DNA of 64,000 nt. Origin: Eledone cirrhosa (taxonomy: Eukaryota). The notes below the pieces were generated by a model that saw only the letters and a program-made list of their open reading frames with translations, did no database searches and was not told where the DNA came from. The stretch is from positions 132,122,001 to 132,186,000 of the forward strand of contig OZ024742.1 of NCBI GenBank assembly GCA_964016885.1. Reading direction: 5' to 3'. The position numbers and the translations under genes were made by a program. Of the stretch, positions 52,388 to 64,000 are shown in pieces. Within the stretch, counting starts at the first letter, position 1, and the number at the start of each line of letters is the position of its first letter.

Positions 52388-53417
52388 CTTCTTCTTCTTC
52401 TTCCCCCCGTTAGACTTGTGTGAAATTCCTTCCTTGCTCACATTTCAACCAGGTTTGATGGTCTTTCATCTCTTGTTCACGATTTCACCGAGTTTATATT
52501 CATAGAGATCTGGGACTTGTCTATTTCTCCTCACTTTCCGTTGCTTAAACCATTTTGTTTGTTACCCTAACGTCCCCTTTATTTACGTGTCCCAACGACT
52601 TTTTTTAGCCGTTGTTCGCACCAACCTGAGGTATATGTCCCTTAAAGCGATGAAATGCCTGGGACGGTTGGAGGGTCACTGATGAACGACTTACTTTTTC
52701 ATATGCAACCCATTTGCAACGCGCAGCCATCATTATTATCATATTTTCACATAATGTTTCTTCTGCTGCTACACGTCTGTTTCGTTCTTTGTACCTTTAC
52801 CCTTTCTAGCAGTCTCTTTCTCTGTTAGCCTCCTCCTCAACTTTCGCTCACTCATTCTCTGTCACTACCTCTCCTCTTCCTTCCCGTTTGACCTGTGTGT
52901 AATTCTTTTCTCGCGCGTTCTTGGTCAAGCCGGTATGAAATTTTTTTCTCACTCTCTCTTTCGTCTGCGACTTCACAAAACTTATGTTTACCGAATTCGT
53001 AGACCAGACCCCTTCTTCTTCTTCTTCTTCTTCTTCTTCTTCTTCTTCTTCTTCTTCTTCTTCTTCTTCTTCTTCTTCTTCTTCCCCCCGTTAAACTTGT
53101 GCGAAATTCCTTCCTTGCTCACATTTCAACCAGGTTTGATTGTCTTTCGTCTCTTGTTCACGATTTCACCGAGTTTATATTCATAGAGATCTGGGACTTG
53201 TCTATTTCTTCTCACTTTCCGTTGCTTAAACCATTTTGTTTGTTACCCTAACGTCCCCTTTATTTACGTGTCCCAACGACTTTTTTTAGCCGTTATTCGC
53301 ACCAACCTGAGGTATATGGCCCTTAAAGCGATGAAATGCCTGGGACGGTTGGAGGATCACTGATGAAGGACTTACTTTTTCATATGCACCCTATTTGCAA
53401 CGCGCAGCCATCATTAT

Positions 53418-53420
<3 letters not shown>
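52388..53420 (+). repeat. Partial tandem duplication (~680-bp period, ~340-bp duplicated) containing a (CTT)n tract
   Basis: 52400-52740 nearly identical to 53082-53420. Confidence 0.85.
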
Positions 53421-53477
<57 letters not shown>

Positions 53478-54010
53478 AAGTGTTTTTGTATGTGGTTGTG
53501 AGTATGTAAAATAATTTTATTCTTTCCATCCTACAAAAACACTCTGGCCACCTGTGGCTTGTATGTTAACTTGACCACTCACCCCAACCTGTGCCATGAT
53601 TCGGTCTTGTTAAATGTTTAATTTCTATTACCAACCCACCTAAATTTCCCTACTATATATCTGTTGAATTACTATTCATGGGTTTTTTATTTATTTATTT
53701 ATTTATTCATTTATTTATTTTTTTTTTATTTATTCTTTTATTTATTTTATCTATCTATTCTTTTATCTATTTATTCATTTATTTATTTATTTACTCATTT
53801 ATTTATTTCAAAAAAGCATTCTGGTTAATTGACCACTCCCCAAAGAAAAAACGGCCTGTGCCATGAAGTGGTCCCGTGTATCTAAATGCCCCCCCCCCCC
53901 TTCCACCACCCCTCCCTTACCACTACCTAAATGTATAAATACCAGAACTTAATCTTCCTGAAGATTTCATCTGAATGAAACTGTACTAGTCCTGTAGAAG
54001 CTCCTTCTAT

Positions 54011-54080
<70 letters not shown>

Positions 54081-56456
54081 TGATTCTGTCAACACCTCAA
54101 TGCGGATGTTTTCTTTAGCCAATTATATCTCTAGTTCGATCAGTCGACCACTTGGAAAAAACGTGTAAGTTCCCAGAATGTACATCTTTATAACGTTCCG
54201 TTCCTTCGGCAGCCGTTGCTTTAAAGGTAGTGTTGCTGTTGTAAATGCTGTTTATGTTGATGTCTTTGTTGCCTGCGTTAAAGTCATTTTCGTTTTTTGC
54301 TTCTATTTTAGGTTTTGTTGTTGCAGAAATTGCATTGTTGCTACTGAAGTTGATGATGTTCCTTTGTAATTGCGGGAAATTTATTTCGTATTTTTCCTGT
54401 GCGAAGTTGTTGTTATTTATATTTTTGTTGCTGCTGCTCTCGTTTTCTTAAAGTTTGTTTGCTTGTGGACAGCCACCTGTTTTGTCTAGCGGAAAAACAT
54501 TTGCTATCCACCATATTATTTTCTAAAAAACAAATTGAAGGGCCTGTTTAGAAAGCAAACACAGGTTTATTTTTTATGGGTTATATGTATATACAAACTA
54601 TCCAGCTCAGTGATTAGTTTTCCTATACAACAATAATAAATGTTAATATAAACGTCGGATAACAAAGCGAATAACAAGAAATTAACGGATGCGATCCGTA
54701 ACACGTCTCGGTAGACGAACAATGAATTGTAATTCAATTACAAAGCTAGTATTTGTGTTGATTTAGGAAGTCAATCAAATCAATGCTCAATATAACATCG
54801 CTGTAGAAGATTATATAAGGAATTTGAGCCTGATAAATTTCGAATTCAGGATGTAGAAGCACAATGGACTTTTCTGCAGCTACATTTGACTTTGGATCTA
54901 CCGATTTGCTACATGGGTAATAAAGAATATATAATATGACAGGAAAACAGGCGTATCAATGGTAAAGCGTAGTTACCAGATAAAATAATAGATATTTTTA
55001 TGGATTTAACATTATCTTCTCTGTCCAGGAAATGTTTATACACAATAGGAAAAAGAAAAAAAGAAACAAAGTTGTTCGACTCTTATCAAGGAAAATAAAC
55101 ATATATAAAGTGATTTCTGAAAGCATAAGATACAAACAAACAAAAAATTAAAACAATTTTGTTTCTAATTTTCTTCCTAGTTTTATTGTTATACATTTAA
55201 TTATGTATACGGTCATTGTCTTTTCACTACTACATTTATAATAGCCTCGTGAAACAAACAAAACAAGCGAAGCTCTAGACACGGATTTACTTTGAAGACA
55301 AAACCGACAGCAACAGGAAACATATACTGATGTAACACTGTGTTGTATAAAAATGTAGATAGGTAAATAAAAACAAACCTTAAATATTTAATGTACATGA
55401 TTTACATACGTAGAATGAAAACACAGGAAATAGAGAAACAGTAACGACAGACACTTTGAAAGCAACAGCGCCAAATTGGCAAAAGACGTGGTATAAAATA
55501 TATAAGAAATTTCTTTCATTTCTCTTATTTATGTTGTTATTATTGTTGTATATCAATTAAGTAAACCGAATCATTCGAGCGCTTATAATAATGTGAAGTT
55601 ATTTTTGATTGTAGTATTATATTTTAAAGGTGTTCACTTATCCGGTGAGTAAAGTTTTCCCATAGCATAATCTAATTATAGAAGTGAAAAAAAAAAACGA
55701 TTATAAAAATAATATATTTATAAAGATTTCTGGAATTTGGTAAATGTCAATTTGGTAGCTAGTGTAGGCATTTGATAGCGTGTAAAAGCTCGTATCCTGC
55801 TGTCAATGTTAAAAAATCGTAGTTGCCCTAATAAATGCCATTGAAATCAATTACCCTGATTAAGTATTGATGACTAATTCCCTCTAATATTTGTGTTTCT
55901 CTGGAGAAGTATACGAGCAAATAACGTTTGTTTTGAATATACTAGAAGAAATAACGATTAATAAATTAGTTACAAGGACACATGCTTGCGAAGTTTAGTC
56001 GATTTAATCGATGCCGATATCTGAATGGTACTTATGAACTGCTGAGATCGAAAGAAAAATACTACCATAATGTGATTTGATCTCAGAATGTAAATGGACT
56101 TAACTCAATCTGTTTAAATTGACTGTGATAATGTGTGTAAGGAAAGGCTCTACACGCCACACTTCAGGAAAACGAAATACCCACAGATATGACTGATGTC
56201 ACTGTTTAGAATCACAAGGCATTTTTATCCCGACGTATAATTTAACAGCTATACTGAATGGAACATTGAACAATTTGTATGTGTTAGCTCTAAAAAATAA
56301 ATAAATAAATACCAACGAAAAGAAAATGAATATGGTAATATTAGTGAGTCAATTCCTCAAAACTGTTTTGCAGGAATAGAGACATCTTAACGAATGAAGG
56401 TTTTTGACAGTCTTCTAATGTTTTGTTAAAAGGTAATCACACACACACACACACAC

Positions 56457-56504
<48 letters not shown>

Positions 56505-56509
56505 CCCCA

Positions 56510-56608
<99 letters not shown>

Positions 56609-56744
56609 GATGGAATAACTAAAAGAAGAACAGATATACTAGAAACTAGAAATTAACTATGAAATCACAGGCGAGTAGCAATTGAATACATTTTGAATAT
56701 AATACATACGGAACTGCAACCATTTAATATACATACCTATAACT

Positions 56745-56898
<154 letters not shown>

Positions 56899-57201
56899 AT
56901 ATGTACATATATATATATGTGTGTGTGTGTGTTTAGTTGTTGTGTATGTATGGCTGTATACACAAATACGAAGAACGTTTATTCAAAAGGTTCAAAGTAG
57001 GTAAAATGTGAAATTGAATCTTATCCAGAACTAAGGAAAAAATGTAATATTTATATTACATTAGGAATCTAAAATAACAATGTGTACTATATATACAAAC
57101 GAATTCCTACCGACTTATATGTGGATATATATATACATATACATATGTGTATGTATACATGTATCTTTGAAAATGTATGTATATGCGTACAAACACACAC
57201 A

Positions 57202-57297
<96 letters not shown>

Positions 57298-57701
57298 ATA
57301 TATATACATATATGTATATATATATATATATATACACACATATATACATGTATATTACGAAAGGTTTGATAGAAAGAGAGAATCTAACTGTGGTATACCA
57401 TTATCAATATAAGCACGTAAAAAGGGTAAGCTCTGTGCGTGACTACGTATATGAATGTGTGTTGGAATTACATTTCCATTATCTCTTCCAAACTCCCAGA
57501 AAATCTTCACTGCGCATTGGGATCACGTTTACAATTTAATGTTATCATGTTATGTAAATATCCTTCGTATTTAGATGTTCGTCTTCAGTTGGTAAGCTCA
57601 ATTTGAGAAATATCTTGTGTAAGTCCATATCTGTTTGTGTGTAAGTTGGCTCTAGCTCTGCGTGCTTGTGTGGACAGTGACACATATAAACATGTACATC
57701 C

Positions 57702-57797
<96 letters not shown>

Positions 57798-58104
57798 CAC
57801 ATCGACACACACACAGACACATACACACACGCATATGTATATATATGTGTGTGTGTGTATATGTATATATATACATATATATATATATATATGCACACAA
57901 ACATATAGATGTGTATATGTGTATCTGTATCGTCTCTGTAGTCAGTCAATTTATTTCTCATGAACGTTCATGTAATTATGATTTCAAAGGTATTTTTTAC
58001 CCAAAGAATTTAAGCAAAATTGTGCTAATATAATAGAATGTTTAATAATATTATTATCATTATTATTGTTATCGTTGTTGTTGGTATTATTATTATTATT
58101 ATTT

Positions 58105-58495
58105 TGGCAGTATCGGTAGAGGGTCAGACATGCTTTCTAGCATAGTTACGTCCCTTTACATTTTGAGTTCAAATCCCGCTGAGGTTAAATTTGCCTTTCA
58201 TCCTTACGAGGTCGATAAAATAAAGTAGCAGTAATATACTGGTTAATTGCTGGCCTTGTGCCAAAAGTAGAAACAATTATTATTATTATTATTTCTCTTA
58301 CTAAGGGCGGTGAATTGGCAGTATCGGTAGAGGGTTGGACGCCATGCTTTCTAGCATAGCTACGTCCCTTTACAGTCTGAGTTCAAATCCCGCCGAGGTT
58401 AACTTTGCCTTTCATCCTTACGGGGTCGATAAAATAAAGAACCAGTAATGTACTGGGTAACTGCTGGCCTTGTGCCTAAAGTAGAAACAATTATT
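58105..58495 (+). mobile_element. Two tandem SINE family A copies (58105-58280, 58305-58495)
   Basis: Consensus matches; second copy has TSD tattatttctcttactaagg. Confidence 0.9.
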
Positions 58496-61141
58496 ATTTC
58501 TCTTACTAAGGATGTTCTTTTCCTGCCTTTATGTAAGTGTTATTATTACATTAAGAATTGTATTTTGCATGTAAACATAATTCTCATAGTCGTTTCTATA
58601 GAAAGTCGTTTATAATTAATGGCTCACTTATACATGCACACCTATGCATACACGCCAGCTAACAAGAAAATACATAACCGTTCATGTATAATATAATGAA
58701 ATAGGTAAAATAAATATACAAACTTTGCAGTTTATTTAGTATTTGTAATATATTTTCTTCGTTATCGTTTTTTTTATATTTTACTTAGCAATTTCATCAG
58801 TTTATCTTTGCACTTTTAGTAGAAAAGTTGCCGTTGGCGTGGAAACTCTTCTTCCCAGCGAACAGTCAAAATGTCTCTGAAAGATGTGCGTAGATTAATT
58901 ATGTAGAAATAGGTAAAACATGCTTTATAAAAGCTGTTATTAATTGCCTTACAGCCATTCCTTTCAATAAATCTGTATTCTCTGCTTTGTATTCAATGCA
59001 GAGTAAAGTTATAAACAACGCAAACAAAACATCCGTACAGAAAAAAATGAAACCAAAACACGGAAACCTAGTTTGAAATGATTAAATGGGATGCCAGACG
59101 AAAGATGGGAATAATGACATAATCCATTCCGTGTAATAAAACTAATAAAGCAACTGTAGTTCTAAATGAAGGAAAAATGAAATTAAGAAAAGTCGTTAGA
59201 AGACGTTTACAAAAACACCGCTTCCTTCAGTATCATTAACAAACAAGAATTAATGGGGTTCACAGATTACGCCTGGTATTGAAAGTAAGAAGGTGCGAAT
59301 TACAATAGCAACTGATTGATTGTTGCAAGCTCTTGCTTGTACATGGCTGCGGACGATGTGGCTTCTCCTGCTGAGAAAAGATTGATACATAAATAAATGA
59401 GTTAACGCAAGGATATATCCAAATGCCAACTCTGATGCATTCAGTATATATATTCATGAACAGTTCTGTCGAATAGTACACGAAAGCAGATAATTCAACT
59501 ATGCTTTTCTTACATGTGTTATGAACATTTTAAAATTTATTTTTCTCCTTTTCATTGAAACAAGGATTTCTTATCAAACATATTTCTGTTTATCTATTAC
59601 GTTTAGTTTTAATAGTGTTTTATTATTTAGATTATTATACTTTATTTCTATTCTATTATCTTTAAATTTATATATGATAGAAATTCAATTCAAAGGAGTC
59701 AATTTTTAATTATTTCAGAATTGGGTGCCTCTACCCATATTTCAAATTGTTTCATCGAGAAATTAAAATTAGACTCAATGCGAGTCGGCAGGACCATTGT
59801 AAGTTGTTAAACACATTTAAAATTTCCAACGGTAGCCGTAGTTTCAACATTAATTTGTTAGTTAGGATTAATGACATTAATAAAAAAAATAAAAATGGTA
59901 AACAGATTATACATGAGATATACGAGTGTAATAACTTCCATTGCATCCCAAACCCATAGATTTGTTGCCAAGTGATATCCCACCTTGCGCCCAATGATAA
60001 GGACTTAAACATTATGAACTTTTAAACTACTATTAATATGTTCTGACAAGAACTCTCAATATAATTTACTTGACAATATATAAATATAGTTGCACTCACA
60101 ATGTGCAAAGTTCCATTACACATATGTTAACATAATGAACTAAGGCACACTGAATCTGCTGAAAGACAGATTATCGCTTTCCCAAAGAGCAGTTGAATAT
60201 TGAATCTGTGTTATATGAAAAATAAATCATCTCTACCACACAGAAATACCTGGTAGAACGTGAAAGTACATAAGAAAACAGTAAATAAATTCAGAGTTAT
60301 TGAAATACGTTGTTATACATATTGTATTTTAAAATAAAGGGTCCATTATTTTAAAATTAAATGAAAATCGTCCAGCTAAGCAAACATTATATAAACGATC
60401 TCAAAGATGGTTTTTCATCGATAAAAAAATCAATTCCACGGACTAACTAAATGTTCGAAAGAAAGTCCTCCACCCACCACCATTGAGAGAAAACTTATGT
60501 AAATTGTTTTGGTGCAGGCTATCACCTGAGTATAAAACATTTCATAACAACACAACTGAATCCAGTCAATTCCCGATTCGTGAGTTAAGTCAATTCATCA
60601 GTTGTTAAATGAACAATAAAACTGCAATAATTATTTACAGCGATGAAATACTTGATTTTCGGTAACAATTGTTATATGTTCATATAACGGACGTTTCCTT
60701 ACACCAATTGTACAAATATTTTCCAACTACATTCTTCAAATATTTTCCAACTACAATTCATCCCTTCCACTTGGTTTATTCTGCATTTAAAACACTTTTC
60801 TTCAAAGTAGAGACATGAAATAACAAAAAAGAAAAAAAATTGTACATGAAATATGGCCATAGAAATAAGTTTACACCACCTATATGCTATGAGACAGCTT
60901 ATATAAGGCCACCATTTTTAGTATTTTAGTAGGTTTTATATATTACGTATATAATACGTCGAATTTCTTCAAAAAACTAGATACCATACTCCAAGTAGCG
61001 ATTTTTTTTAAAGCAAAACTCGAATTATACTGATACATGTACATCACTTCACATCTCTATCGAGTACACTCGTTTTTCTTCAAGTAAGTTCTGCTGCATA
61101 TTACACACATTATGTTTATATGTTTATATATATATATATAT

Positions 61142-61314
61142 ATTATTTAGCCTGATACTGTGGTTAAGAACCCTCGGAGAAATGGAAAAAGATGAGTATT
61201 GACGTACGTGGGAGTCGAACCCACATGTTTGGTTATCCGGACCACTGTGATACCATTACACCAACACATCACATTTCTCCGTGGGTTCTTAACCACACTA
61301 TCAGGCTAAATAAT
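61142..61314 (-). other. tRNA-like cloverleaf (61199-61270) enclosed by 43-bp inverted repeats
   Basis: IRs 61142-61184/61272-61314 (2 mismatches); rc interior gatgtgt tg gtgtaatggtatcac a gtggt ccggata accaa acat gtggg ttcgact cccac gtacgtc a. Confidence 0.7.
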
Positions 61315-61429
61315 TTCTTTAGTTTCTTTAGTCAAAATACGGCGATAGCTTACGTTTCTAATAATTTCAAACCAACTCGCTGTTTCGAAAATATTCTTAC
61401 ATGATATATAAATATATATATATATGCAT

Positions 61430-61577
<148 letters not shown>

Positions 61578-61592
61578 ACACACACGCATGCA

Positions 61593-61676
<84 letters not shown>

Positions 61677-62038
61677 TATATATACACATATATATATATA
61701 CGAATATTACCTGAACGTATAGGGTACTCTGTGACGAGTGTGAGAACGCATACATGTACATGTGTCTATGTTTGTGTACGCATATGTCTGTGTTTGTGGA
61801 TGTGTACATATGTGTGTCTGTGAATTCGGTGTATATATGATGTCTTTACTATATGTCAATATACATGGAGATATAAATAGGTGGTTGATGGACTTTTTTG
61901 CTGCAGGGGAATCAGTCGGAGATATTAAGAGCTACTAAGATGGTGGTAATTGTAAAATGGTCCTGCAGCTGGTGGGCTTTTTTGCATACCATTTGTATAT
62001 CGGAATCTGAATGCTTATAGCACAGGAACAATGGAGAC

Positions 62039-62118
<80 letters not shown>

Positions 62119-62126
62119 ACACATGA

Positions 62127-62220
<94 letters not shown>

Positions 62221-62266
62221 GTGTGAGTGTGGGTGTGTATAATATAAATATATATAAACCTGTGGA

Positions 62267-62297
<31 letters not shown>

Positions 62298-62555
62298 CCA
62301 TATATGTATATATATATATATATATATCCATATATACATATATATAAATATATATGTATATATTTGTGCATATATATATATATATTTATACATATATTCC
62401 CCCGACAGTATAGAAGAATACACATGGCAATGCAAATATATGAATATATTGCCAGAAGTAATATTTTGGTTAGTAACGACAATGTTAACGGGATATTGAT
62501 ATATACGACGAAACGCTTACATACTTATTGTCGGTAGAAATACGCAGACTCACCA

Positions 62556-62671
<116 letters not shown>

Positions 62672-62763
62672 GTGTGTATATATGTGTATACATGTGTGTG
62701 TATAAATATATAGATAGATAGGTGTAAGTATGCATACGTGCACATATACATACGCGCACACAG

Positions 62764-62794
<31 letters not shown>

Positions 62795-62867
62795 GTGAGA
62801 GAGAGAGGGAGAGAGAGAGAGAGAGACAGATACGGAGAGAGGCAGACAAAGATACACACACAATCAA

Positions 62868-62915
<48 letters not shown>

Positions 62916-63506
62916 GCGTATGTGTGTGTATGTTTGTCTGTGTGTGTGTTATTGTGTGTAAGCCTGCGCGCGCGTGTGTGTGTGTGTGTGTCTGTATGAA
63001 TACGAATGCTATATAAAATGATTGCTGCAGAGTGTGAAGCTGTGTAAAAGCGATAATATTTTTTTACATTGATTGATTAAGGCAAAGGTATTTATATATA
63101 CATACTGTTTTTGCCAAAAAGAAGGAATATTATTGAATACAGCACAGCTCCTAAAAGAAGCACGGCATGTTTCTCTCACAATACCTCGTACATGAAAATG
63201 TAAACTATTTATACTTATATGTATAAGTGTGTGACATGTTGGAATCGGTATAACTAAAGCGTCAGCTGATTAGAGGTGGAATCCTTTTGTTACCCTATCT
63301 TTATATGTCTTTCGTGAGGAATCCTCCATTCTCTCCGACGTTTACTCTTTTCTCCGGAAGTACGAACGTCCAATATGTTCAAAGATTGATTTATCCTCAC
63401 TTCCAGCAGGCGTGAAACTAACATAACATTCTGTTTTCATGCTGTTATATGTGAACTCACTCTCCCTCATTCTCTCTCCCTCTGTCTCTCTCTCTCTCTC
63501 TCTGTG

Positions 63507-63626
<120 letters not shown>

Positions 63627-63708
63627 AAATATAATTGAAATGTGAAAGCCAGAGACACAGAAAATTGACGAATTATATTAGTGTAACCCTTTGAACAGCA
63701 ACAAAAGA

Positions 63709-63745
63709 GTCTTACCGTTTCGGACAAGGGTCCTTCAGCAGAAAA
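63709..63745 (-). ncRNA. Degenerate hammerhead motif
   Basis: rc: ttt CTGCTGA a ggac cctt gtcc GAAA cgg TA aga. Confidence 0.45.
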
Positions 63746-63833
63746 TAAAGAATGAGAATTAGAAGAGTCGGAGAAAATTGAGAAGAAAACTCAGAAACAA
63801 AGACATGTGCGCATTCAGACAACGCCATTGGAG

Positions 63834-63930
<97 letters not shown>

Positions 63931-63964
63931 GGAAGTGGTTACACAACAGTTAGTTCACCATACC

Positions 63965-64000
63965 GAGTACAATTGTTTCACCTCAGCAGATCTTCAGCTC
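63965..64000 (-). ncRNA. Minimal hammerhead ribozyme at window edge
   Basis: rc: gag CTGAAGA tctgctgaggt GAAA caattg TA ctc; palindromic ACAATTGT. Confidence 0.7.

Noticed and set aside
59260-60012. Hydrophobic minus-strand ORFs with a CVNSFIY GPCR-TM7-like string
   Set aside because: Short, discontinuous, lacks the NPxxY proline and other TM motifs; expected by chance in AT-rich DNA

Overview
AT-rich, microsatellite-saturated eukaryotic DNA, most consistent with an intronic or intergenic stretch of a mollusc genome; an octopod cephalopod is inferred from the SINE families and the (TA)n/(CA)n load. No convincing host protein-coding gene is present, and nearly all ORFs in the track are translations of microsatellites. 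The window is dominated by Penelope-like retroelements (PLEs). These include one near-intact RT + GIY-YIG element (33642-37226), one frameshifted element of another lineage (42203-46570), two fold-back (inverted) PLE fragments and many solo pseudo-LTRs, almost all embedded in (TA)n tracts. More than 20 minimal type I hammerhead-ribozyme (HHR) motifs of about 10 sequence families can be read by eye, many with palindromic stem III. They include a 317-bp tandem HHR repeat (non-LTR retrozyme-like) and a ~2.5-kb non-coding element with two HHR-bearing direct repeats. Also present are tRNA-derived SINEs with TSDs, an internally deleted RTE with a candidate HDV-like ribozyme, Tx1-like and R4/Dong-like 3' ends in their expected microsatellite targets, two mariner remnants, a non-autonomous Helitron, and a tRNA-like cloverleaf enclosed by 43-bp inverted repeats. 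All alignments and folds were done by eye and boundaries are approximate.
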